IMG/VR virus record: IMGVR_UViG_3300036823_000383
Coordinates: 9,434 to 73,433 of that record
From: a virus
Direction: 5' to 3' (one strand)
Length of the DNA: 64,000 nucleotides
Shown here: one piece after another, positions 47,956-57,616 of the stretch
How positions within the stretch are numbered: position 1 is the stretch's first letter
Layout: each line of letters begins with the position of its first letter
Notes under the pieces: generated by a model
What the model was told of the DNA's origin: nothing
Database searches by the model: none
What the model saw: the letters and a program-made list of their open reading frames with translations, nothing else
Position numbers and translations under genes: made by a program

Positions 47956-49047
47956 TCAGACGTACGCGCCGGTCGCGATGACGCCGGCGATCGTCGACGT
48001 GATCACGCCGATTTCGCCCATCGACGCGACGACCATCGTGCCGCCGTAAGGCCCGCGGTTCTCGACGCGGAACTCCCGCGTCTCGAAGCCGGTGCCGTTC
48101 GGCCCGCGCCGACGGAAGGTGTAGGAAGTGGCGACTTCCTCGCCGTCGACCGGCACGCTCTGGTCGGGAACCACGATGCCCGACACGACGCCCTTCGGGA
48201 AGATGAAGTCGAGGCCACCGGTGGTCTCGTTCTTCACCTTGCCGGCGACCACGCGGATCGTTCCGACACCGGGGATGTCGAAGTCGATCTTCTGCTTACT
48301 CGCCTTGTTGAGCTGCTGAATCGCCCCACCGAGGATCGCATCGCCGTTGAACTGGCGATAGTGGTCCTTCACCTTGGGGTGCCGGACGAAGGCGTTCGCG
48401 AGCTGCCGGTTCATCGCGTAGAACGCGATCTCCTGAGCGCTCTGTTCGCCCATCGTCTGGATGTCGAGGATCGGGTCTGACGCCGTACCTCCGTTCCAGT
48501 TCTGCCCGGCGCCGATCACGTAGCGGTTCGCCGCTGCGAGGTTCGCTGCCGTGACGAGAAGGCCGCCCGTGCCGAGAATGTCGATCTCGCGATCGAGCAT
48601 CAGCGCCTTGCTGCAGCGCTTACCGGCCGCGACGCGCGGCTTGTAGTTCGGGTTCGTCGCGTTCGCCTCGGTCTGGTCCGGGATGAACGAGCCGATGAAC
48701 CGGTCGATGACCTTGTAGGTCGTCAGGCTCGAGCTCGGATCCACCTCGGGGACCATGCCCTGAGCGGAACCCTTCACGTCGACGCGACGATAGGTGTCGT
48801 CCGACGAGAAGGTTCGGAACTTGTCCTGGTCCTTGTCGACCAGCATGATCGGGCTCACGTCGTCGGCGCGCATGTCCGCGTTCCGATAGCCGGCGAGGTA
48901 CGTCGGCAGCTCGGTGGGATCGTGCACGTCCGAGGGGAGCAGTGACAGCTTCACGCTGCCGTAGCCCTGGGACGCAAAGAAGCGCTGGGCGGCTTCGGTG
49001 ACTGCCTCGACCGAGTTGCCCGAGGCGCGGAATTCTCCGGGTTTCAT
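47956..49047 (-). CDS. major capsid protein
   Basis: CAGGAG RBS; LAGYRN..ADDVSP, WNGGTASDPILDI, SYTFRR; position. Confidence 0.85.
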   Translation of the reverse strand: MKPGEFRASGNSVEAVTEAAQRFFASQGYGSVKLSLLPSDVHDPTELPTYLAGYRNADMRADDVSPIMLVDKDQDKFRTFSSDDTYRRVDVKGSAQGMVPEVDPSSSLTTYKVIDRFIGSFIPDQTEANATNPNYKPRVAAGKRCSKALMLDREIDILGTGGLLVTAANLAAANRYVIGAGQNWNGGTASDPILDIQTMGEQSAQEIAFYAMNRQLANAFVRHPKVKDHYRQFNGDAILGGAIQQLNKASKQKIDFDIPGVGTIRVVAGKVKNETTGGLDFIFPKGVVSGIVVPDQSVPVDGEEVATSYTFRRRGPNGTGFETREFRVENRGPYGGTMVVASMGEIGVITSTIAGVIATGAYV

Positions 49048-49075
49048 GATTGGCTCCTGTACTTCCTGCTCTGGG

Positions 49076-49465
49076 TCAGACCGAGGTGGTGATGCCGACT
49101 CCGAGGGTGACCTCGAAGAGATCGCTGAGGACGGCCGAGCGCTCGGCCATGCCGATGACGCTGACCTTGTCCGCGGTGGCCGCGACGATCTTGCCCGTCG
49201 CGTCCGGGCCGACGCGCTGGCCACGCGTGATGGTGCCGCCCGCGAGGGCGATGAACGTTCCGACCACGCCGATGTCGCCGTAGTCGTTGACGGCGATGTC
49301 GGAGCGCGCGATGCCGTAGACGAGGTCGGTCGTTGCCGCCGTCGGCACGACGCAGTCGTCGGTGGCCGTGTCGAGCTTGACCGGCGTCCCTTTCGGGATG
49401 ATGGAACCCGAAGAGTTCTTCTTGCTCTTCGAGAGAATGGGCAGTTCGCGGGGCTGAAAGGACAT
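49076..49465 (-). CDS. capsid cement/decoration protein (DUF2190-like)
   Basis: AGGTITRGQRVGPDATGK..IGMA motif. Confidence 0.75.
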   Translation of the reverse strand: MSFQPRELPILSKSKKNSSGSIIPKGTPVKLDTATDDCVVPTAATTDLVYGIARSDIAVNDYGDIGVVGTFIALAGGTITRGQRVGPDATGKIVAATADKVSVIGMAERSAVLSDLFEVTLGVGITTSV

Positions 49466-49518
49466 GGTGGTCTCCTTGGTTGCTGCTCTTGGCTGCTACG
49501 TGGCCTCTGGCGGCTTCC

Positions 49519-51372
49519 TCAGCGGACCGCGCTCAGGTTGACGAACTTGCCCGTGCGCTTCGCCTCGCAGGCGGCGATGAACACGGTGTCGTAGTCCATG
49601 TTCTCCGCGCCCTTCACGGTGGCGCGGAAAGCGTTCACCGAACGCTCGGTGTCGTTGGCGCCGGGGTACATCGACAGATCGACGACGTCCGTGCGCGTGG
49701 TCGGCGCAGTGCGCGGCGCGGTCGCGATCGTCCGTCCGCCGCCGGCGGGCGTCTTCGCGCCGGCACCGGTCGAGGTCCGGAGGACCGGGTTCTCGAGACC
49801 CTCGTTCCCCTCGCCGGGCGCGGGGTACTTCTCGAGGAACGCCTTGCGACCCTTCGTCGCGTGGAAGAGCTGAAGCACTTCCTTCTGCGACTCGTCGCCG
49901 CCGAAGTACGTGCGGCACGCGGCCGCGACGTCGGTCGTCTGCTCTTCCTCGGTGCGGGCCGAGTTGATGTCCTGAAGGCTCTTCAGCTCGGGCATCACCT
50001 GCTCGAGCGTCGCGGCCGCCGCCATCGTGTCCGAGATGCGCTGCACGGCCGCATCGGGATTCTCGACGCCGCCGGCCTTGAAGAGCGCCATCAGCTGGTC
50101 GGTCAGCGACGCCGCACTCGCCTCGAGCTTCCGCTTGTCGGCCTTGTCGGCCACGAGCTTCGCGCTCACGAGCGCCTTGATCGCATCGAGCAGGGCGACC
50201 CGCTGCGCCGCGACCTTCGCGATGCCCGCCGCGCGATCGGCGAGGCGCTCGTCGCTGATGTCCGGATCCAGCCCGAGCGCCGACACGAAGGCCGTGCGGA
50301 TCGAGAGGAGAGACATGACGGAGTTGCCGATGGCGTCGTCGGTCTCTTTGACGCCGAGCTTCGAGGCGAGGAGTTTGCTGAGGGACATGGTGGATCTCTC
50401 CTGAGGGTTCCTGGATGCAGTGGCTGCGGCGGGCGCCGCTGCGGCGTCGCCAGGATCGGTTTCGGTTTCGGTGGCGCTGTCGTCGGTGACGGCGCCCGGG
50501 GTGAACAGCAGGAGCGCCTGCGCCATCACGTCGAAAGCGAGCGTGAGGGCGGGCAGTCCGAGGATCGTGCGGATGCCGCCGATGATGTCGTCGACGTCGA
50601 TGCCGGTCATGTCGGCACCGGTCGCGAGCAGCGAAGCGAGCGTCTCGAGCTGACCGCGGATTTCTTCCGCCGTCGCCGTGACGGGCAGGCCGAGGCAGCG
50701 GCGGATGCTCGACTGCGCCTCTTCGGGCGTTCCAGCCGAGTAGTAGTAGTCGAGCCGGACGCGCTCCTGCGTCGGAGCATCCTTCGCCGCGGCGAGGTCA
50801 GTCATGCCCTCGATGAAGGGCTGATTGGTGAGCGCCACCGACGTGAGCAGCGGACCGATCGGCTTCGCCGTCTTGCCGTCGATCGCGTTCAGCGCGACGG
50901 CGACGGAAGCGGACTTGTACTGCCCGTTCTTGACGTAGCTCTTCGCGGGCTCGAGCCAGCGGGTGAGGGCCCAGAGCTCGGCGCCGCTCGTGCCGGTACG
51001 GGTCTCGAGATCGAGCACCCAGCCCTGCGCGGGCGCGCCCGTCGCCGGGATCGTGCCGCTCGTCGCCTCGTACTCGGAGGCGTGGTGGAAGTCCCACGGG
51101 ATGACGTCCGAGGTGCCCTTGCCGTCCGAACCGGCGAGGAACCAGGGGTGCGCGTGGAAGTTCGCGACGATGGCGTCGAACGTCTCCTTCGTCAGCTTGA
51201 AGGGGAGTTCGCCGCCGCCGTAGCCCTTGTAGTCGCCCTCGAGAGCGACCTGCTGCCACTTCGGTCCGTCGCCCACGGCGTCTGCGGAGAGCAGGAACGC
51301 GAGGCGCACCGTCCTCGTCGTCTCGCGAGCGAGACGGAGGTGTTGCGGCGTGGAGCGACGACGGAGTGCCAC
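49519..51372 (-). CDS. Mu gpI-like prohead protease/scaffold
   Basis: PWDFHH, APAQGW, YKSAS, SVALTNQPF; start position uncertain. Confidence 0.9.
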   Translation of the reverse strand: MALRRRSTPQHLRLARETTRTVRLAFLLSADAVGDGPKWQQVALEGDYKGYGGGELPFKLTKETFDAIVANFHAHPWFLAGSDGKGTSDVIPWDFHHASEYEATSGTIPATGAPAQGWVLDLETRTGTSGAELWALTRWLEPAKSYVKNGQYKSASVAVALNAIDGKTAKPIGPLLTSVALTNQPFIEGMTDLAAAKDAPTQERVRLDYYYSAGTPEEAQSSIRRCLGLPVTATAEEIRGQLETLASLLATGADMTGIDVDDIIGGIRTILGLPALTLAFDVMAQALLLFTPGAVTDDSATETETDPGDAAAAPAAATASRNPQERSTMSLSKLLASKLGVKETDDAIGNSVMSLLSIRTAFVSALGLDPDISDERLADRAAGIAKVAAQRVALLDAIKALVSAKLVADKADKRKLEASAASLTDQLMALFKAGGVENPDAAVQRISDTMAAAATLEQVMPELKSLQDINSARTEEEQTTDVAAACRTYFGGDESQKEVLQLFHATKGRKAFLEKYPAPGEGNEGLENPVLRTSTGAGAKTPAGGGRTIATAPRTAPTTRTDVVDLSMYPGANDTERSVNAFRATVKGAENMDYDTVFIAACEAKRTGKFVNLSAVR

Positions 51373-51374
51373 GT

Positions 51375-51812
51375 TTAGCCGCGATCCTCTCGAGAAACCT
51401 GGTCGAGCAGGACGTAGTAGACGTGGATCCTGCACTGGCCGGCGGTGAGGGTGCTGAGATTCACGTTCGACGTGAACGAGGCTCGCGGCGTCTTGCCGCC
51501 GGCGAACTGCGGGCAGCCGTCTGCCGCGCCGTTGCCGACGCGGTTGATGGTTCCGAGGTTGTTTGCACCACCGACCATCAGCGTGGTCGTGGCGCCGCTG
51601 AAGCCAAGGTCGACCTTCAACGTGCCGCTGGCGCCGTCGGTGAAGGCGGTCGTCGCGTTCGCATCGACGCCGACGATCGATGCATCCGCGGGCAGCGCCG
51701 ACGCGAAGTCGAGGAACTTCGTCATAGCCGCGGCGGTGATGTCCCCGAACGCGACGTCGAACGCTTGCTTTCGGATGCGGGCGTTGAACGCCTTGAGTTC
51801 TCGATCGAGCAT
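51375..51812 (-). CDS. putative head decoration protein
   Basis: GGAG RBS; beta-rich 145 aa. Confidence 0.6.
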   Translation of the reverse strand: MLDRELKAFNARIRKQAFDVAFGDITAAAMTKFLDFASALPADASIVGVDANATTAFTDGASGTLKVDLGFSGATTTLMVGGANNLGTINRVGNGAADGCPQFAGGKTPRASFTSNVNLSTLTAGQCRIHVYYVLLDQVSREDRG

Positions 51813-51858
51813 CGGGTTTCTTCTCCAGCGGTTGAGGTGCCAGCCCTCGACGTTCGCG

Positions 51859-51889
51859 GCCCTACTCCGCGGTCTGCGCCGCGTGTCAA
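51859..51889 (-). promoter_or_regulatory. promoter TTGACA-N18-GTAGGG
   Basis: Intergenic, perfect -35, about 47 nt before an ATG that has its own RBS. Confidence 0.75.
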
Positions 51890-51915
51890 GGACGTCTCGG
51901 CGCGATGGCCGACGC

Positions 51916-54900
51916 TCAGACGCCGAAGTCGCCGAGGAGCGAACGCATGCCGCTGCCGCTGAAGCCCGGATCGGGAAGGTCCTGAATCTCACTTCCGTCG
52001 TGCACGGTGAGGCCACGCGCCTTCACCTGCTTCTCGGAGAGCGAGCTCATCCGGTCGCGGCAGTTGTATCCCCACGGCGTCACCGCGTGCTGCCAGAACG
52101 GGTCGCTCGCCTTCAGCACCCAGCCGTCGACGGCGCCGTGAGTCGGTCGCTGCCGCGAATCCTTCACGCCGCGGATCTGCCAGTACGGGCGATCGACGAG
52201 CGCCGCTGGCTGCGTCATCTCGGTGAGCCGCCCGACGGAGTGAGCCTGCGCGATGTTCGTTCGCGCGATCGTCTCGATGTGCGACGAACTCGCGGGCGTC
52301 CACCCGGCGGAGACGATCCGCTCGTTCATGAACTTGGAGAACTGCTTCACGTCGGCGCCCTCGCCGATCATTCGGCCGAGCTCCGCGTGCACGAGGTTCA
52401 GGAGATCCTGCGACTGGAGCCGCGCGACCGTGAACGCGCGACGCTTCGCGCCGGCGGCGAGCGCGTCGAACTTCTCCTTCGTCAGCACGTCCTTCGACTC
52501 GAAGAAGGACTGCGCGGACTTGAAGCTCTTGTCCGCGAAGCCGGGCTTCGCCGGTACCGCGGCCTTGTCTGCCGGGGCGGCGAACTTCGCCGGTGCGATC
52601 TCCACGTCGTGTGCGGCCTCGTAGCTCGAGTCGAGCGCGCCGAGCATCTCGCCGTGGAGTACTCGCCGCGAGAGCGACCGGACGTATTCGTCCAGGTCGA
52701 GCCCGCGCGCCGCGCGGCTCACGGCGCCGTAGATCTGAATCGGGCTGTCGAGTCCACTGCCGGCGGAGATGAGCTTCTTTGCCCACTCGGACGTGCGCAG
52801 CGCGAGCTCCGGGACGGCCTTGGCGATGATCGCCTCGATGGAGCCGTAGACGGAGCTCGGCTGCTTCGCAGCGCAGACGTGCTCGCCATACAGCTCGTGC
52901 GGCGTCAGCATGAGCGCGCGCTCGCCCATCGCCGCGAGAACGACCGGCGCGCGCTCTCCGAAGGCAGCGAATATGCGCTCCGCTCCCTGGTCGGTCACCG
53001 CGCCGCGCGCGAGCAGCACCGCTCGCGAGACGCCGCCTGCCGCGCGTAGGCCGGTCGCGTCCGCCGCGTCGTCGGATGCGGCGCCCGACTGCTGCTCGTC
53101 GGACTCCTCCGAAGAACCTACGGCGGGCGTACCCGGAGCTTTCGGCGCAGGCGGGGGAAGCGGCTTCGGGCCCTTCGGAGGCGGTGGGGCGGGGGATGCC
53201 TTCGGCGGTCCGTCGTTCGAGCTGGGCGGAGGTGGCGACGGCGGATCCTCAGCGGGTTCGACGCCCGCCGCTTCCTTGCCCTGCACCTCGCCCTTGGCGA
53301 GCCGCTTAGCCTCGAACTCTGCGATCGTGAGAGCGCCATCAGGATCGGTCTTCCCGTCTGCGCCGAGGAGAGGACCGAGCCCCTTCGTCTGGCGCGCCTC
53401 GTTCACCGAGACGACCTTCGCGAGATCTGTTGGAGCAAGCTCGAACGCCGCGGGCGGCGCGTCGGTCTTCCCGCCGGCGCCGTCGTTCTCCGTCGTCGCC
53501 TCGCCAGGCTGTGCCGCGAGGTCCCCGGGCTGCTCCGCCTGGCCCTTCGGGTAGACGATGGTGGCTTCCGGTGTCGCGGGGAACTCGCCTCCAGAAGCTC
53601 GCGTCACCATCCGGATGACGGCCTCGTTGTCGGCCGGCTGACGGAAGCCCGAGACCTCGTACGCGTCTTTCAGTGAGACGGGCATGCCGCCTTCGACGGT
53701 CTTCTTCAGACGGTCGAGCTCCTTCTCGCGGTTCTTGAGGTCCGCCTTCAAGACGAGGCGGGGGGCGTGGGCGACTTCCGCGGCGCCGTAGTTTGCCTCG
53801 ATGATCTGGTCGCCGAGGTAGTCCTCGATCACCTCGCTCAGCATGTCCGCGTCGGCGAGCGTGATCATGAGCTGCTCGCTCTGCATCACGACGGATTGGG
53901 TCGAACCGAGCCCCATCGCCTGGGCGTCCGTGGTCCCCGTCTGACCGAGCACGAGTTTGCTGTTCTGCTTGTCGGCCTCTTCGATCGTCTCCTGGTGAAT
54001 GTCGCCCGCCATGCGTTGCGGCTGGGTGACGTTCAGCGAGACGCCACGCGGGAACGCGCCGTACCCGTTGCCGGGAAGCTGCTCGAGGATCTCTTCGATC
54101 GCGTCGATGTCGTTCTCGCCGATGTCGGCGTCCTTGTCGATCACGGCCGTGCGCCACGGCTTCGCGAAGAGCTCGAGCAGGATCATGCGCTCGCGCGCGC
54201 CGAACCGCTTGAAGAACGACCAGTAGAGGCAGCGCCGCGCGAGCCCCTCGCGCTCGATGTAGTCGCCGAAGAGCTGCGGCGTGAACCAGATGAAGTGCCG
54301 CGGCAGATCGCGGAGCGCGATGCCCTCGTCGGTGAAGCCGGTGACGCCCTGGCGCTCGACATAGCGGAGCTCCCGGTTCGGTCCGATGTTGAGTAGGCGC
54401 GGGTGGATCCACTCGAGCCCCGTGACGACCCACTTCACCTGTCCGTAGCGGGGGTGCACGGAACCAGGAACGAGCGTCCAGAGCTTCTCGAGCGCCGAGC
54501 GCCCGTCGAAGAGCCCCCACGCGAGCTGCCGGAACGCGAGCTTCAGATTCGGGATGCGCTCGACCTGAGCCCGGACGACGTCGGCGTAGTAGGTCGCCTT
54601 GTCGGGGTCGACGCCTGGTCCGTCTGCCGGAATGACCTCCAGCGGCAGCGACGCGAGGGCGCCGATCCGCTTCTGGAGGACGGCCGCGAGGTGCGGGTCC
54701 GTGTCGATCGTCTCGCGGGAAAGGTCGCAGAGCGCGCGCGGGGCGCCGAGGTCAGCCTGCTGCAGCGCGCCGGCGATCCGCTCCAGGTTCAGCGATGCGC
54801 CGAAGATCTGCCGCGGGTTCTCTCGCGTGTTCCGGACGCGACGGATGACGCGGTTGCCCAGCTGGTCGAAGCCCGCCGGCGGCGTCGCGGTCGCAATGCG

Positions 54901-54942
54901 CCGCGTGATCGGTGCCGTGGCCTGCCTTCGGACGAGCGCCAT
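51916..54942 (-). CDS. portal (DUF935/Mu gp29-like) fused to MuF minor head protein
   Basis: DPHLAAVLQKR, SKLVLGQT; C-terminal RAFTVA, TIARTN, DSRQRPTH, PWGYNCR. Confidence 0.9.
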   Translation of the reverse strand: MALVRRQATAPITRRIATATPPAGFDQLGNRVIRRVRNTRENPRQIFGASLNLERIAGALQQADLGAPRALCDLSRETIDTDPHLAAVLQKRIGALASLPLEVIPADGPGVDPDKATYYADVVRAQVERIPNLKLAFRQLAWGLFDGRSALEKLWTLVPGSVHPRYGQVKWVVTGLEWIHPRLLNIGPNRELRYVERQGVTGFTDEGIALRDLPRHFIWFTPQLFGDYIEREGLARRCLYWSFFKRFGARERMILLELFAKPWRTAVIDKDADIGENDIDAIEEILEQLPGNGYGAFPRGVSLNVTQPQRMAGDIHQETIEEADKQNSKLVLGQTGTTDAQAMGLGSTQSVVMQSEQLMITLADADMLSEVIEDYLGDQIIEANYGAAEVAHAPRLVLKADLKNREKELDRLKKTVEGGMPVSLKDAYEVSGFRQPADNEAVIRMVTRASGGEFPATPEATIVYPKGQAEQPGDLAAQPGEATTENDGAGGKTDAPPAAFELAPTDLAKVVSVNEARQTKGLGPLLGADGKTDPDGALTIAEFEAKRLAKGEVQGKEAAGVEPAEDPPSPPPPSSNDGPPKASPAPPPPKGPKPLPPPAPKAPGTPAVGSSEESDEQQSGAASDDAADATGLRAAGGVSRAVLLARGAVTDQGAERIFAAFGERAPVVLAAMGERALMLTPHELYGEHVCAAKQPSSVYGSIEAIIAKAVPELALRTSEWAKKLISAGSGLDSPIQIYGAVSRAARGLDLDEYVRSLSRRVLHGEMLGALDSSYEAAHDVEIAPAKFAAPADKAAVPAKPGFADKSFKSAQSFFESKDVLTKEKFDALAAGAKRRAFTVARLQSQDLLNLVHAELGRMIGEGADVKQFSKFMNERIVSAGWTPASSSHIETIARTNIAQAHSVGRLTEMTQPAALVDRPYWQIRGVKDSRQRPTHGAVDGWVLKASDPFWQHAVTPWGYNCRDRMSSLSEKQVKARGLTVHDGSEIQDLPDPGFSGSGMRSLLGDFGV

Positions 54943-54987
54943 TCGCGCGGGCCCTACACCGCGCGGGGCCGCCCACGACAGGGCGCG

Positions 54988-55317
54988 TCAGCTTGACGGG
55001 AAGAACCGCTCTAGTGCCGCGCGCGCGAGCCTCTCGCCGAGCGTCGCCCCCACCGTCGGAACTTTCTTCGAGCAGTCGCACGGCGCCTTCACGGGAGCGG
55101 CCTTGGGCGCGCTCGGCGCCGGCACCGGGTTCCGCGCGGCGCGCGGGTCCTGCTGCCGGAGCTGCGCCGCCGTCGACACCAGCCACGCACGGGTCGTCGC
55201 GAGCGCCGCCTCGCGTTCCTCGGACGTCGCCGCCCTCTCGATCGCGTCGAGCATCGGGAGCTCGGCCTCGAGGAGCGCCGCCGCGTCGCCCGGCAGAAGG
55301 GTGGGGGAGAGCTTCAT
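54988..55317 (-). CDS. hypothetical protein
   Basis: ATGA overlap. Confidence 0.6.
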   Translation of the reverse strand: MKLSPTLLPGDAAALLEAELPMLDAIERAATSEEREAALATTRAWLVSTAAQLRQQDPRAARNPVPAPSAPKAAPVKAPCDCSKKVPTVGATLGERLARAALERFFPSS

Positions 55318-55556
55318 GGGGTCACCGGGTGGCAGGGGACGCACTGCGCGACGCGGTGCCGCTCGCACGGCTCGGCCGCCGGCCGCTTGCGAAGGGTCTG
55401 AATGCGCTCCGCCAGGAGCGCGCTCACCCAGACGACGCGCTTCGTCGCCCAGGGACAGATGCTGCAGCAGCGCACGACGAGGCTCGTGACGCTCGCCGCC
55501 TTCACCTGCTCGGCGTGCGGGAGCAGATCAAAGCAGTCCTGGCAGACCCACTTCAC
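55314..55556 (-). CDS. Cys-rich hypothetical protein
   Basis: CQDC, CSIC; coupled. Confidence 0.55.
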   Translation of the reverse strand: MKWVCQDCFDLLPHAEQVKAASVTSLVVRCCSICPWATKRVVWVSALLAERIQTLRKRPAAEPCERHRVAQCVPCHPVTP

Positions 55557-55921
55557 CGGGGGCCTTCTTCGCCGAACGGCAGACCCGTGTGTCCGTCGAC
55601 CCGCTCATCGTGCTCACGGAGCGCGCGGCGCAACGGCGAAGGAAACGGAGGCTGCTCCCGCGGCGGCGCCAATTGGCTCTCGATGACGCCCTCCGCGTCG
55701 ATCTCGGCGCCCAGGAATTCGACCATCGCTCGCGGCACTTCGTTGGGCTTCGCCTCCCACGTGACACGGCAGACGCTGCCGGAGATGTCCCGCTCCGTGC
55801 CGTCATCGTCGATCGCGAGCACCTTCACGTCGCCGCCCGACGGATAGGTGATCATGGTCGGGCCCACACCGGCGAGCCTCTCCGTCTTCGGTGCCGCGCA
55901 AACAATCTTGATTCGCGTCAT
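55553..55921 (-). CDS. hypothetical protein
   Basis: AGGAG RBS; coupled. Confidence 0.6.
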   Translation of the reverse strand: MTRIKIVCAAPKTERLAGVGPTMITYPSGGDVKVLAIDDDGTERDISGSVCRVTWEAKPNEVPRAMVEFLGAEIDAEGVIESQLAPPREQPPFPSPLRRALREHDERVDGHTGLPFGEEGPR

Positions 55922-56295
55922 GTCGCTCTCCTGACGTCCGCGCGGTCCGCCGCCTGCTCTCGCCTCGCGGCGAGCTCCACGGCGTTTGCCTGGAACTTTT
56001 CCCCCGTCGCGTGGTCCGCGCTGCACGCGTAGTCGTAGAGGCCGCCGTTGCCGCGCACCTTGCTCCGGATCTTCGCCTCCCGCGAACATCCGCTCGTCGA
56101 GCACCGGTAGGCCTTCACCTTGCCGTTCCGGAACGCGACGCCGCGCCGGAGCATGAAGCCGAAGCATCCGCACTTCGTGCACTTCCAGACGGGCGGCGAG
56201 ACGTTCCGCTCGAAGAGCTCGAAGCGGTGGTTCTTCGCGTCGCACACGAAGAACACGGAGTAGGACGACAGACCCTTGATGCGGCGCAGAGCCAT
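55918..56295 (-). CDS. Zn-finger-like hypothetical protein
   Basis: CTKC, CSTSGC, CSADH. Confidence 0.6.
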   Translation of the reverse strand: MALRRIKGLSSYSVFFVCDAKNHRFELFERNVSPPVWKCTKCGCFGFMLRRGVAFRNGKVKAYRCSTSGCSREAKIRSKVRGNGGLYDYACSADHATGEKFQANAVELAARREQAADRADVRRAT

Positions 56296-56625
56296 TCAGA
56301 CGGGAATCTCCGGATCGTTAGGGAAGGACGCGGCCAGGTCAGCAGCAGACGGCGGGGGCGGGAGAGTTGGTCGGTCGTCGGGCTCGATGATGGTGGCCTC
56401 GATTCGGTCCGCCACGGTGCGGACTACCAGGAGGCGGCCTTCCACCTCGAGGAACCCTCGGCCGATGTCCCACGCGCGTTGCGTGCGCGAATGCACCTTG
56501 ATGTGCACCACGTCCGCGATGACTTCCGGGTGCGTGCTACCCGCCGGCGCGACGGCCCAGTAGCGCCCGTGCGCGTCGCCCGGCGCGACGTACCAGATCC
56601 AGAGCGTGCGGGCGCCGTCGCTCAC
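56296..56625 (-). CDS. hypothetical protein
   Basis: Coupled ORF. Confidence 0.6.
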   Translation of the reverse strand: MSDGARTLWIWYVAPGDAHGRYWAVAPAGSTHPEVIADVVHIKVHSRTQRAWDIGRGFLEVEGRLLVVRTVADRIEATIIEPDDRPTLPPPPSAADLAASFPNDPEIPV

Positions 56626-57170
56626 GCTCGGTCCCCGGTCGGTGTTTCATGGCCCAAGATCTGAAGCGTCGCAAGATCTCCCTGCGCACCATGCCGACCG
56701 GAGTCCGAATCTTTTTCGAGCTGCCCGAGCCGGACGTACGCCTCCGCGAGCTTCTCGACGAGCTGCGGAATGACGGAAATGCCCGGCTCGAGCACGTGAG
56801 GCGGCAGCGTTCGCAGCGCGGTCACGGCGGCCTCCCAGTCGGCCCGCGGCATCAGCACGTAGTCCGAGAGTGGCTCCCAGCGCCCCGTCGGACCGTGACC
56901 ATCGACCCACACCCACTCGTGACCAAGGAACTGGCTGGGATCCTGGCACCGCATGGCGAACGGCATGGGCTGGTCGGTCACGCAGACGGGGCACTCGTAC
57001 GGTCCGTCGGGATATTGCACCCATGTGTACCCGCACGGTCTCCGTTCGCGTCCATCGCGATGGACCATCGGCTCGAAATGTCGGCGATGCATCACCACGA
57101 CGGCTCGTGGATCGTAGGGTGCGGCGGCGGCGCGAATGATGCCCGCGGGCGTGATCGGCTTCAGCGTCAC
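56622..57170 (-). CDS. hypothetical protein
   Basis: GTGA overlap; CPVC. Confidence 0.6.
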   Translation of the reverse strand: MTLKPITPAGIIRAAAAPYDPRAVVVMHRRHFEPMVHRDGRERRPCGYTWVQYPDGPYECPVCVTDQPMPFAMRCQDPSQFLGHEWVWVDGHGPTGRWEPLSDYVLMPRADWEAAVTALRTLPPHVLEPGISVIPQLVEKLAEAYVRLGQLEKDSDSGRHGAQGDLATLQILGHETPTGDRA

Positions 57171-57559
57171 GCCGCCCTCACTGCCGCGGCGCGGAGCGCT
57201 TCGATGTCCCGCCGCGCGAGCTCCGACTCGAGCGCCGCGCGCGCTGCCCGCTCCGCCGCCAGGCGTTCTCGGAGCGCCAGGCACCCGCCGCACTCGAACC
57301 GCTCCTCGACGAGCTCGACCTGCGCGAGCTCCCGAAGCGCACGCCGCGCGTCCTTCTCGTCGGGGTCGCCGAAGCGCCGGACGCCCAGGAGCACCGCGAG
57401 CACCGTCCGCCGGCAGAGCTCACGGAGCGAGAGCGAGCGCCGCAGCGCGATGTCCTGCAGGCGTTCCCACTCCGACTCGAGCAGCGGGATCCGGATGGTG
57501 ACGCCGAACACGCGACGCTTTCGTCCTCCGTGCTGGATCTCGTGCGCCGTCACCTTCAC
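57167..57559 (-). CDS. possible ribbon-helix-helix regulator
   Basis: VTIRIP..EWERLQDIA..SLRELCR pattern. Confidence 0.5.
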   Translation of the reverse strand: MKVTAHEIQHGGRKRRVFGVTIRIPLLESEWERLQDIALRRSLSLRELCRRTVLAVLLGVRRFGDPDEKDARRALRELAQVELVEERFECGGCLALRERLAAERAARAALESELARRDIEALRAAAVRAA

Positions 57560-57616
57560 GGCTTCGAGAGTCTCGCACTACACGTCAGCCGTCCAGGGCG
57601 CGGCCGTGCTGTCGTC

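Noticed and set aside
49480-53049. 632-aa and 534-aa + strand ORFs
   Set aside because: Shadows of protease and MuF genes; Arg-rich, no motifs
17011-54942. Contractile injection system or tailocin
   Set aside because: Terminase, portal, protease and capsid genes show a complete phage
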